Assembly (NCBI RefSeq): GCF_006345805.1
Contig: NC_043015.1
Location: forward strand, 44,206,001 to 44,270,000
Reading direction: 5' to 3'
Length of the DNA stretch: 64,000 bases
DNA from: Octopus sinensis
Taxonomy: Eukaryota
Shown: positions 51,910 through 64,000 of the stretch, piece after piece
How the letters are laid out: every line of letters begins with the position of its first letter
Position numbering within the stretch: the stretch's first letter is position 1
Notes under the pieces: generated by a model
Databases searched by the model: none
Seen by the model: the letters and a program-made list of their open reading frames with translations, nothing else
What the model was told of the DNA's origin: nothing
Made by a program: the position numbers and the translations under genes

Positions 51910-52030
51910 TTAACCAAGAGGCTAGTTTACTCCTATGAGCTTGTTAATGACGGTCATGTTGGGGATGGGCAGATATGTGCCATTCCAAACAGGTCTCTCT
52001 ATGGGTACCTCCGTATCTTGCAGTGGTAAG
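51910..52030 (+). mobile_element. Possible RTE LINE remnant
   Basis: GHV....AIPNRSLYGYL resembles the RTE motif GHV.RM...RIPK..LYG.L. Confidence 0.35.
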
Positions 52031-52182
52031 CGTAGCCCCTTTATATTTGTCGAGGTAACGATAGATGCATGTAACGGATATAGTGAACGTTAAAGGTGGA
52101 AGCCCATATTCTCAGTGTTTCCATTTTGTTTTCGAATGACAGCAACAAGAAAATATTTACAGGCTCTATTCTTACACTTATA

Positions 52183-52498
52183 TACAATAATTGCCATATC
52201 GCGGTTCACTTATCGCGGTTGACATATCACTGTTTAATATTTAAACTTACGTCCATTCGTCCGTGGTGTTGTTTGGCATTTATAATAAAACAAATATATA
52301 CAAATCAAGAAGAAGAACGGGTCATTGCAGGTGGACGATGATGTACCGTCTGCATGTCCCGAAGTTGTGCCACCCACGGCGGAAGAAACGACCCCCAACC
52401 CTAAAAATGAAGAACTACGTATCTTTTACCTATCAATTTTTTACCTATGGCGGGAGCTTTTGGAACTTAATACTCGCGACAATCGAGGGATTAGTGTA
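52183..52498. mobile_element. Old pogo/Tigger-like MITE
   Basis: tacaataa..tatcgcggttcacttatcgcgg left end and cgcgac..cgagggattagtgta right end, TA flanks. Confidence 0.5.
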
Positions 52499-52894
52499 AT
52501 CTAAAAATAAACTTTAAATAAGAAGCACTGAATCCTATTGTTTTATTAATCATACTTGCTTATGACAACTTCGTGAATAAAAGATCTTGTAAAGCATTGG
52601 ATTATATTTTTAAAAGAATTCTGCGGTCCACCATTATTATTCCTCACCGTTTGAAAACAATGACAGAAACAAACATATTTGTTAAGCTATTAAATAATGC
52701 AGATACGACATCCGCATGAAAATGAACACAATAGAGAAAGTAGTGTTAAAATATTCAATGCATGGGACGTTTACAAACTAACGAGAAATCAATATTCGAC
52801 GAGAAAAGAAAAATAGTCCAATAAGAAGCAGAACATATGAAAATGACGTAATCATTATAAATGCCGCCATTTCCGGGACCGTTCTCATTAAGTA

Positions 52895-53161
52895 TACTCT
52901 TTTACTCTTTTACTTGTTTCAGTCATTTGACTGCGGCCATGCTGGAGCACCGCCTTTAATCGAGCAACTCGACCCCGGGACTTATTCTTTTTGTAAGCCC
53001 AGTACTTCTTCTATCGGTCTTCTTTGCCGAACCGCTAAGTAACGGAGACATAAACACACCAGCATCGGTTGTCAAGCAATGCTGGGGGGGGGGGGACAAA
53101 CACACACACGCATATATATTTATTCATATATACGACGGCTTCTTTTCAGTTCCGTCTACCA
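52895..53161 (-). mobile_element. SINE family B 3' half, young, cut by the gap
   Basis: (TACTCTTT)n tail, cagtcatttgactgcggccatgctggagcaccgcc. Confidence 0.92.
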
Positions 53162-53261
53162 NNNNNNNNNNNNNNNNNNNNNNNNNNNNNNNNNNNNNNN
53201 NNNNNNNNNNNNNNNNNNNNNNNNNNNNNNNNNNNNNNNNNNNNNNNNNNNNNNNNNNNNN
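53162..53261. other. Assembly gap (100 N)
   Basis: Run of N. Confidence 1.
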
Positions 53262-53755
53262 AAAAAATTAGAGGTTATAGTTTTCCACTTCATATGAAAA
53301 CTTTTATAAATTTTGAAGAAACACAGATACTTTTATTTTCTCATTTCTTTTCCCGATAATGTGATCGTCATCCATAATGAAATTCTGTACATGCTTGTGG
53401 CGTTTGGCCAATACAGTTTTATTACTAATATAATTTTACATCGTTGCTGAAACACTAAATGTTTCGCAAGTTTTAACGACTTTCCTGAGTTTTTCTCACT
53501 CCTCCCACTTTACACTTTACTACTCCACCTCCCTTTCTCGCTATTGAGTTTTTGGACGAAACAACGTTTTGGCACAAGTCTGTATTTTAATAGCTTCTAG
53601 CAAACTGAATGGCGTTCGATTGTTGCGTTCACTTCTGTCTTTGACATATGTTGCTGTAAATAATAGAAGATAAATACATAAAATAACTGTTGCGACTACA
53701 GACGAATAAATGTGTAATACTTGCTATTAAATTCATAGAAACTATCCCTTCTGGT

Positions 53756-53829
53756 TCCTAGACCATGTTGCCCTCCTAGACAATTGTTGCCCTCCTAGAC
53801 AATGTTGCTCTCCTAGACCATGTTGCCCT
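53756..53829. repeat. 18-19-bp minisatellite, about 4 copies
   Basis: TCCTAGAC(C/A)ATGTTGC(C/T)C repeated. Confidence 0.9.
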
Positions 53830-54366
53830 ACAGAGGAAGACGTTAATTGACGGTAACAAACATACCCTACATATATTCGGATTAAAGATGCAACCGTATA
53901 TACAAATGCCGCGATGTCCTGTCTCCGCTTCTTAATCTTTTCTAACGAGAGTAGCGTAGAGGCTCAGTTAAAGCCCTTATAATTGCTAGGTTATTCTTGT
54001 TGCATTATGAGTTATAATCCAAGCAATGGGAATTTTCCTATTTCCTTGATCGATGAAATAAGAACCATTTATTTACCGGATGAATTTAATTAAATTCTGC
54101 CCTAAATATGTTTGGTCTTGTGCCAAGGTAATAAAATTTTATGTACCTTTTGCTAGTTTCTTTACTGATATCCAATCAGTTGTTGTTGTCTTACTGTATT
54201 CAATTACAAGCCAAAAAGAAAAAAAACGTCGAATAGGCGAATTTATATATATTAGCGATACTATGCTGCTAATCACTTAAGCAACTACGTTAAGTTGGTA
54301 TTTACATAGGATAGATCTGCCAAAAAATATCCTCCATCCTCTACGTCGTGATATATATTACAGTCT

Positions 54367-54597
54367 TATTTCTTTATTGCCCACAAAGGGCTAAACATAT
54401 AGGGAACAAACAAGGACAGACAAACGTATTAAGTCGATTACATCGACCCCAGTGCGTAACTGGTACTTTATTTATGGACCCCGAAAGCGTGAAAGGCAAA
54501 GTCAACCTCAGCGGAATTTGAACTCAGAACGTAACGGCAGACGAAACACCGCTAAGCATTTCGCTCGGCGTGCTAACGTTTCTGCCAGCTCGCCGCT
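54367..54597 (-). mobile_element. SINE family A
   Basis: Reverse complement of the consensus. Confidence 0.92.
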
Positions 54598-56558
54598 TTT
54601 ATATATTACCGTCTTGTTACAGGGTATCAGTTGCTTGTCCTGCTAGAAATACTAGACGAACACCTAAGAAATTCCACCCTCGCTCGCTTTGAAAACAAAA
54701 AAGAAAGGAAACAATCTAAAGACCCTTGAAAATACGAAATGGTCAATACTGAAACATATTTGATCGGTCTTAATCCCAGGCTAAACCACCAAAATAAAGA
54801 ACAATATTGAGATTAATCTCACCGAAATAACAGCACCGTTCTGTAACGATTTATTCTTAAGATTCTTAATTTTGGCAATATCCATAAAGATGTTGAAGTG
54901 TGGGAGACTTGGCGAGTTTTCTTTTCTTTCTTCGTGTGTTACACGAAGATGAATTCTTTAAGAATGCATTAATGCATGAAAAATATAGTATAATTTATAA
55001 CGAGACTAGATAGAAATTGTGCGTTGAATATGAAAATTAAATTCAATACAAACGCATGAATTAATTAGCTGATAATATTAGTATGTAAATAATATTAGAT
55101 TAAATCAATAATACGCCTGATCGATCATATAAGCTAAGCATTGTTTGCTGTTTTTGAGAAATAGGCCATGTTTTAATACGGTAGCATCACAGACGTGTAA
55201 AATCTTGAAAGTAAGAACATCGATCAATTGAGTATATTCATGTAATATGTAGATATAAACTCCATCTAGGCGTGTTCAAACTCTATCACCTGCAAACAGG
55301 GAAAATAGCTGCAATTGGAATAGTTGGTCGATAATTTTGGACACTAAGGACAAAGCTTTTATGAATGGATTTTATCTGTTCTCTATTATTTTTGTCTATC
55401 AGTTTCTTCGTTAATCTCTGTTAATCCGTACATTAAATCTATGGAACAATACAGTATTTTCTATTAGTTTACATACTGCTCTATTAATTTATTCTAAGAA
55501 TATCAGCCCTTTAACAGATAATCTCCATCAGTATCTCTATATTTTTATATTTATTTATATATTGATTACTTGTAATCTTGATAAAATATGTTTTAATTAA
55601 AAGGTTTAATATAACCGAAGCCTATCTGTTGTTTGTCATAATTCTCTTTAAAGACAAGATTAATACAATTTTACATTAATTGCCTAAAGAATTATAATGA
55701 GTTTGAGCGACTGATTTTAGTATTATAGCTTATTAGGCCTGGTGTTATCAAATTCTGAAAGTCCCTTGAGATTTTCTTTCCTCCTTGTTACGTAAATATT
55801 TTTCGCTGACTATATTTTTCAATTAAATTTGAAGAACATGAGACTCTATCTGTATTTCACAAGAAGAGGGTTCACCTTAAAACATGTACTTCAGCCTTAG
55901 TATCGATATGATAAAAATTGCTTTGTTTTAGAACAATTTTCTTGCGGAATGGGCTTGCTAAATATATTTTACCGTATCTTCATTAATTAATAGTATCAGA
56001 GGAAACAGCGCCCGTGATATAAATTAAAATCAATGTAGATGCTTATATTAGTCTATTTAGCCAATTATATATCTAGTTGAGCGCTCACAATATTCAAGAC
56101 TACGAATCATTAAATTACTTAATCATTTAAGAAATAACACTGAAACACAACAGTTAAAATTAATTCCCTCCTGTAATCAATTAATGTGCAGCAACTAATT
56201 AATTATAATAACTGAATAAATATCAATTCCAATGCTGAGAGAGTTTAATAATATAAATCATTATATTTTCAACAATTACTTTCATACGCAACAGTGGAAA
56301 TTACAATCTCCTTCTTTCAAATTAATATATTAGCAATACCCATAAAACTGTTCTTGTAAACAACTACACCAAGATTTATCCGATGAACACGTATTGATTT
56401 CATTTGGTGTTTACTAATTAGTCCTAAGATTTTAGAGGAAGCAATATTGACCAATTATGATGTTCAGGTCTTCAGCAAGACTTGTACGTAATTCATCTGA
56501 ATTTCTTCCTAATACGAACCACACACGCACATACACATGTATATAATAAATAATAATA

Positions 56559-56616
<58 letters not shown>

Positions 56617-56734
56617 GATAATAATGATGATAATAATAATAAAATGATAAGAAAGGAATAATACCTCGATATTAGTTTAATAGGGGCATTTACTATATAT
56701 ATATAAAACTATCTCTTAATAGTATGAACATTTT

Positions 56735-58925
56735 TATATAGTTAATCCAAATATGAACAAAGAGAAAACACAACAACGCGAGGACGTGGAACAAGCATAG
56801 AGTTATTGGACGCTCAGGAAAGGAAACAAAGGAGGACTTAACGTTTCGAGCCGAGCTCTTCATCAGAAACATAGAAAGAAAAAAAAAGAGGCTTAGCGTC
56901 AAAATATTTCTTTGTTAGATAAGAATGTTGTTATATTTTGTGATAACTTCTGGAAATCGAACCCAGATTCTGCATTTAGATTTCCGTGTAAATTCACTTC
57001 TATATCATAATATTCAGCATATACATAATCAAATTTAATGAGCAAATATTTTAATTTTTTCTCATTTACAATTCCCTTTACTGTGTCATTTTGTATTTAG
57101 TTACTGTTTTATCTACTTTTGTATATTATTTAATTCATTAAACACATAACTAACTACAAAAGTATGGTAATACGGAGGTATTTTGGATATCAAAACACGC
57201 GATCAGTGATAGTTATTCACTGACAAATATGAAAATAGGAGTTTATTTAACAATGTGCAATATCATTTGGTCTCTTAATAGTATGAACATTTTTTAACTG
57301 ATCAAGAATGGCAATTGTTTCCCCCCTTTATTATTTGTATATAAAGAACGACTCTTCGTGAGTTGCCGGCTTTCTGTATACTCCTCATTTCGAACATTTA
57401 ACGACAATATGAGTTTTCGAAGACAGTTGCTTCCATAAGTACCAAAATAAAATTTTAGATTTATGGAGGGTCAAAGTTGGGAACAAAAACCGGACAGCGG
57501 AGAAATTCAAGGAAAAGGAACTAATATATATATATAGTTAATCCAAACTTGAACAAAGAGAAAACGCAACAATGCGAGGACGTGGAACAAGTATAGTGTT
57601 GTTGGACGCTCAGGAAAGAAAGAAGGAGTAGTTAACGTTTCGAGCGGAGCTCTTCGTCAGAAACATAGAAAGAAAAAAAAAGAGGCTTAGCGTCAAAACA
57701 TTTCTTTGTTAGATAAGAAAGTGGTTATATTTTGTGATAGCTTCTGGAAATCGAACTCAGATTCTTCATTTAGATTTCCGTGTAAATCCACTTCTATATC
57801 ATGATATTCAGCATATATATAATCAAATTTAACGAGCAAATATTTGTATTTTTTCTCATTTACAATTCCCTTTACTGTGTCATTTTGTATTTAGTTACTG
57901 TTTTATCTACTTTTGTATATTATTTAATTCATTAAACACATAACTAACTACAAAAGTATGGTAATACGGAGGTATTTTGGATATCAAAACACGCGATCAG
58001 TGATAGTTATTCACTGACAAATATGAAAATAGGAGTTTATTTAACAATGTGCAATATCATTTGTCTCTTAATAGTATGAACATTTTTTAACTGATCAAGA
58101 ATGGCAATTGTTTCCCCCCTTTATTATTGTATATAAAGAACGACTCTTCGTGAGTTGCCGGCTTTCTGTATACTCCTCATTCGAACATTTAACGACAATA
58201 TGAGTTTTCGAAGACAGTTGCTTCCATAAGTACCAAAATAAAATTTTAGATTTATGGAGGGTCAAAGTTGGGAACAAAAACCGGACAGCGGAGAAATTCA
58301 AGGAAAAGGAACTAATATATATATATAGTTAATCCAAACTTGAACAAAGAGAAAACGCAACAATGCGAGGACGTGGAACAAGTATAGTGTTGTTGGACGC
58401 TCAGGAAAGAAAGAAGGAGTAGTTAACGTTTCGAGCGGAGCTCTTCGTCAGAAACATAGAAAGAAAAAAAAAGAGGCTTAGCGTCAAAACATTTCTTTGT
58501 TAGATAAGAAAGTGGTTATATTTTGTGATAGCTTCTGGAAATCGAACTCAGATTCTTCATTTAGATTTCCGTGTAAATCCACTTCTATATCATGATATTC
58601 AGCATATATATAATCAAATTTAACGAGCAAATATTTGTATTTTTTCTCATTTACAATTCCCTTTACTGTGTCATTTTGTATTTAGTTACTGTTTTATCTA
58701 CTTTTGTATATTATTTAATTCATTAAACACATAACTAACTACAAAAATATGGTAATACGGAAGTATTTTGGATATCAAAACACGCGATCAGTGATAGTTA
58801 TTCACTGACAAATATGAAAATAGGAGTTTATTTAACAATGTGTAATATCATTTGGTCTCTTAATAGTATGAACATTTTTTAGCTGATCAAGAATGGCAAT
58901 TGTTTCCTCTCTTTATTATTTGTAT
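56735..58925. repeat. ~793-bp tandem repeat, about 2.7 copies, each with a short hammerhead-core-like element on the minus strand
   Basis: tctcttaatagtatgaac at 57271, 58064, 58856; CTGA(T/C)GAAGAGCTC.GCTCGAAACG at about 56841-56868, 57633-57660, 58425-58451 (minus). Confidence 0.93.
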
Positions 58926-59199
58926 ATTTAACATTTTCATTATAAATTACATTTCCAGCATTTTGTTGTTATTCTTGTTATTATGATTTTAGTTATTACG
59001 GTTTGTTATGATTGTTATTATTGTTATTATTATTGTTATCATTATATGTTGCATTGATGTTTTGTTTATGATTTTTGAAGCAAGGTTATAAATTAGGTGG
59101 CTGTTTGTAATCTCCGCTCACCATAAAATTGGACAAAGCCTTTCCATCGCCGTTCTGGTACCCTTTGAACTATGCTTGCATCAGTAATCACAGGAATAT

Positions 59200-59588
59200 A
59201 TTAAGTTGTTCAGCGGAGTCCCTGAAATATAGAGGAATGGAGCGAGAGTGAGAGAGAGAAGGAGAGCTACAGAGGTATGAGAGGGGAAGAAGGATAGATA
59301 GTTAGATAGAAATAGAGAGAAAGAGAGAGAGGGGGGAAGAAATGGATGGAAAAAGGTAGTGTGGTAGAAAATCAGGGGCAAGTCATTAAGTTGATGAGAA
59401 AGAGAGAATGAGAGAATGAGAGAATTAGAGAATGAAAGAATGAGAGAATGCGAGGAGTGGTAGTCGTATTGTAGAGCGGCAGATTCAATAAATATATTAG
59501 GAAAGGAATATGAAAACAAAGACACTGAGAGTCAGACACACAGACAGAATGATAGACAGATAGATGGATAGATAGATAGGTAGATAGG

Positions 59589-59633
<45 letters not shown>

Positions 59634-59706
59634 TGATTGATAGATAGGTAGGTAGATAGGTAGATAGGTAGATAGATAGATAGATAGATAGATAAGATAG
59701 ATAGAT

Positions 59707-59751
<45 letters not shown>

Positions 59752-60037
59752 GGATGGATGGTGGATAGATAGATGGATAGATAGCTAAATAGATAGATAG
59801 ACGAAGAGAGAGAAAGGGAGAGAGAGAAAGGGAGATAGACAAAGGGAGAGAGTGGAAGAGGTGGGAAAGAGAGGAGGAGAGAGGGAGTGGCGGAGAGACT
59901 GAGAAAGAAGGCGAGCGGGAGAGAAGAGAGACAGAAAGAGAGAGAGAGGAGGAAAGAGGGAGTAGAAGAGAGAGTGAGAGGTGGAGACTGAAAGAGAGAG
60001 TGGAAGAGGCGGAGAGAGTGAGAGAGGGAGAAAAGAG

Positions 60038-60068
<31 letters not shown>

Positions 60069-60080
60069 GAGAATATAAGG
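59200..60080 (+). repeat. Purine-rich (GA/GATA) low-complexity tract
   Basis: Strong A/G strand bias with (GATA)n, (GA)n and (GAAA)n blocks. Confidence 0.92.
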
Positions 60081-61974
60081 AGAAAAAAATAATATTAGAG
60101 GATTTTTTTTTTATTAAATGACGAAGAGAAAGACGAGAATATAAAGAGTTTAAGAGAGAAAGAAAACTGTGGTTAGATTGAGGGAAGGCGAAGAACAAAC
60201 ACATAAATATAGAATGAAATAGCGAGTTCGAATAAGGAATATTTCAAAAGAAATATCTTATTTTTGATATCAGGTAACAACAACAAATAGCAGATATGTT
60301 GAAACAGTGGCAGGTTTTTCGCGGTTCTCCGCAACCGTTGTAATAAAACAACTATTCAAATACTCCATTTTAGATGAATTTGCCCCCTTTTTTTTATGTT
60401 TACAGAATGATCCTGTCATGGAACTTTGGTTGTTTTGTTTCAAAATTTATTCTATTGTAGTGTTGTTTGTTACTAATAAAATAACGAGTGTGTTGGTGCT
60501 CGCGTGTGTGCATAAACAGGTTTATGTGTGTAGGATATTGTATGTATGTGTATGGTATTGTGTTATATATAAGGTTTTATTGGAAGGAAAGCCAAATACT
60601 GTTAAAACTAACACTTGTTCATGCGTGTTGGAAATATTTGCGTTGTGGGGATAAAAAAAAATATGTTCGACTTATTTTGGTTTGATTTATATTGTGGCAG
60701 AAAAAAGTCACTCATTTATAGTCGCCCTTTATTCTTTCATTTGACAATTTCAGTAACATCGGGGCATATGCTCACAAAGCGGGAATATTACAACAAGGTA
60801 ATACAACTCATGGTATTACTTCTATGTTATTTTCTTTCTTTTAGTTTTTGTGTGTTTCGTGATGGTGGGTTTTCATTGTTTAGTATGTGATGGTGTTTTT
60901 TTTTTACGAATCGGAAATAAAATATATTGCCGTTTGCTGTTTTGTTATTCTGATATTTCAATATTTAAACAGTACATAGAAAGCAAATAGAAACATAAAA
61001 AAATAACTAAATAACATAAGAGTGAATGAACTTGAAATAAAATCATCGTAACTGATGCTGCGTGCGGCGTACGGTCAAAACCCTTAAATTCTGTTCTCGA
61101 ATCTACATGATTTTAAAAGGAACGATGTGGACACACAATAACACAGTGTGAAGGAAAAAAAAAAAACTACAAACATATGTAATTAATGAGTCTTTGCGTT
61201 AGCTTGTCATGCTCAGGTAACGATATACTACATGTGAGAAGAATTCATTTGGAGGTTGCTGTAATAAACCTCCGCAGTGTGTGGGCCTCTGCGTGATATC
61301 CGTATGTTACGATGTAACGCGATAAGATCCGGAATCCATGGAAACTGGTAGTTGCCTATTACAGATGTTAATCCATTAGGAATATTCTAGAAGTGTTCAG
61401 CGAATAAATTTGCTGTGAGAATGGAAACAATATCAGATTTCGGGCATTTGAGATGTGTGAGTAGCGCAAAGGTTCGTTCGTATGTGAATATAACATGGTA
61501 ATATGGACAATACTTACTCTAATTGTTACAGGTGCAATGTAGTAGCGACTAAAGATTTATACACTCTTGCCATTCCCACCCTTCACCCATGAGAACAACA
61601 AAGATGTAATAGGTGAATGCAGAGAGGGTAGCAACACCTTCGATTGGTACTTGTTACAACTGAGTGGACTGAAGTAATGCGAAGCAATCTACATCTGTCG
61701 AAGTCATAACATCACCGGAGATCCAGGAACAGTATCCATGCTCTTGTGTTCATGAGCCAGTCAGCTTAACCACTCGTCAAATATGCTGGTGACTAAGGGA
61801 ATATGTGCGAATGAGAAAATGAATGATGTAAAGGAGTGTTAGTGGAGGGATTGATATGCAAAGGAGGGACGAATGACTGGTGAACAGTGATGTAAAGTGT
61901 GTGTAAAACGTGCGATGAAGGAGGAAGTAAAGTCTGAGAAAAGTGATATAAAGGAAGGGAAAATTGTAACACAT

Positions 61975-62023
<49 letters not shown>

Positions 62024-62365
62024 GATGATGATGATGAAGGCTAGGTAAATGATCTAAGAGATGAGAATTCATGTCAAAGAGGAGAGATGGGTAAATGGAT
62101 ATATACACACTAGAGAATGACAAAGAAGCTCGTACAATCGAATTCGAAGGCGGACGAGGGCGAAGCAAGTGGTAAAGGCATATAGCAGAAGATTAAGACC
62201 GGTAGATGTTGTCGTGAATATAACAAATTAAGAGCTTGTAAAGAATGTAAGGGCTTAAATAAATAAATGAATTGAGGCTCAAAATTTATAAATAAAATTC
62301 ATCCAGAGTGAGGATGGTGAGAAATGTTCGATGATCATATATAGAAATGTTTGCCCAAAGATTCT

Positions 62366-62776
62366 TATTTCTTTACTGCCCACAAGGGGCTACACACATT
62401 GGGGGGTGGAACAAATAAACGGATTCAGTCGATTATATCGATACCAGTGCGTAACTGGTACTTATGTAATCAACCCCGAAAGGATGAAAGGCAAAGTCGA
62501 CCTCGGAGGAATTTGAACTCAGAACGTAGCGGCTACGAAATACCTATTTCTTTACTACCGAGAAGAAGCTAAACACAGAGAGGACAAACAAGGACAGACA
62601 AACGGATTAAGTCGATTATATCGACCCCAGTGCGTAACTGGTACTTAATTTGTCGACCCCGAAAGGATGAAAGGCAAAGTGGACCTCGGCGGAATTTGAA
62701 CTGAGAACGTAACGGCAGACGAAATACCGCTTAGCATTTCGCCCGGCGTGCTAACGTTTCTGCCAGCTCATCGCCT
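62366..62776 (-). mobile_element. SINE family A, two-unit copy with ~13-bp TSD
   Basis: gcc(c/t)aaagattct at 62353-62365 and 62781-62793; junction at about 62543. Confidence 0.92.
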
Positions 62777-62820
62777 AATTGCCTAAAGATTCTCTCTAGT
62801 AAGATTAACAACTGCAATTC

Positions 62821-63258
62821 GTACAGGAACTGGCAGTCAGCGCTGTTCAAGCTTTTTGTTAGCTATGAAGTCATGGGTCTATTGCAGAGCTAAATTCTAG
62901 ATGTGTAGAGATTACTAACTACATTTTTCCAGTACAGAATTGACCATCAGCACTGTTCAAGCTTCTTTTTACCTATGAAGCCGGGGGTCCAATGCAGAGC
63001 TAAAATTTAGAAGTATAGAGATTATTAACTACATTGTTCTAGTACACAACTGGCAATCGGAGCTGTTTAAGCTTCTTCCTGTGGAACCAGGGGTCCAGTG
63101 CAGAGGTAAACTCTAGATTCGTAGAGATTACGAACTACATTGTTCCAGTACAGAACTGGCAATCGGCGCTGGTCAATCTTCTTGTTACCTACGGACCCAG
63201 GGGTCCAGTGCAGGGGTAAACTCTAAACGCGTAGAGATTACAAATTCCATTGTTTCTG
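62821..63258. repeat. Diverged ~106-111-bp tandem repeat, 4 copies
   Basis: Units start gtaca(g/c) at 62821, 62932, 63042, 63148; conserved tgcaga..taaa..tag..tagagatta..aactacatt. Confidence 0.92.
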
Positions 63259-63719
63259 TTGATAATCATATTGAATTTTATGAAATAGGTGACGAAATAC
63301 TTATGCGTGTAGGTGTATGTGTTGTACATGAAAGAGTAGAGAATGAAATAGATAGAAGAAATAGGAAGTGAACAAATGGTGGAGAAATGATAATGGGAAA
63401 CTGAACATCTGCCACAAACTCATAAATCCACAATATGATCGTAAAGGAATAAGCGTTCCTGCCTCTAACAGTTCCGTTTTTATTCTTTGAGCGCACCATT
63501 AAACCGTCGAAATTTTCTGATTCCCAACATATATTTTCTCTCTTGCGACGTTCCAGTTTTATTGCGGGCGGACTTTATACCTGAGATTTGCTTCATTGTG
63601 TACCATTCTGACATGATTTTTCATGGTTGTACAAAAGAAGACTCGTTGGGAAATGGTGAGCAAGTTTTAAGGCCAACACTTATAAAAATATGAGGACATT
63701 TATGTATTCACAGACGCAT

Positions 63720-63725
63720 ACAAGC

Positions 63726-63773
<48 letters not shown>

Positions 63774-63836
63774 GTATATGTATGTATATACATGTATATA
63801 TGTGCATATATATATGCATATCTGTATATAGATGTA

Positions 63837-63903
<67 letters not shown>

Positions 63904-63945
63904 GTGTGTATATATATATATGGATATATGTATGTATATATATAC

Positions 63946-63995
<50 letters not shown>

Positions 63996-64000
63996 ATATA
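63720..64000. repeat. Compound (TG)n/(TCTA)n/(TA)n microsatellite
   Basis: Direct observation. Confidence 0.97.

Noticed and set aside
51802-52029. ORF ending at a GTG|gtaagc donor as a host exon
   Set aside because: Starts inside a SINE, and the remainder resembles an RTE LINE motif (GHV..IP..LYG.L).
62821-63258. CRISPR-like array or repetitive coding exon
   Set aside because: Eukaryotic context, no unique spacers, unit lengths not constant multiples of three, and stops in all frames.

Overview
Non-coding, very AT-rich eukaryotic DNA. The microsatellite load and SINE repertoire look like an octopus/coleoid cephalopod genome (inference), and the window is probably intronic or intergenic. 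There are two 100-N assembly gaps. No host protein-coding gene could be identified: almost all ORF-track entries are (TA)n/(CA)n/(GATA)n artefacts, and the real coding remnants belong to transposons (CR1/L2-group and RTE LINEs, Tc1/mariner transposases, Penelope-like GIY-YIG endonucleases). At least three tRNA-derived SINE families are present (here A, B, C plus tail variants), along with several MITE-like inverted-repeat elements and tandem duplications. The main result is two structurally complete type-I hammerhead ribozyme folds (10621-10699 +, 14556-14601 -). Each lies inside a short non-coding element bounded by inverted repeats and embedded in (TA)n. Related fold-back derivatives (9.8 kb, 48.1 kb), more hammerhead-like cores and Penelope-like endonuclease remnants are nearby, suggesting a set of non-autonomous, ribozyme-bearing, microsatellite-targeting Penelope-associated elements. 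Secondary observations: a covarying 3' stem-loop shared by SINE B and CR1-group LINEs, SINE A multimers with an invariant junction, SINE C tail swapping, a pre-miRNA-sized perfect hairpin, and a chimeric 793-bp tandem array.
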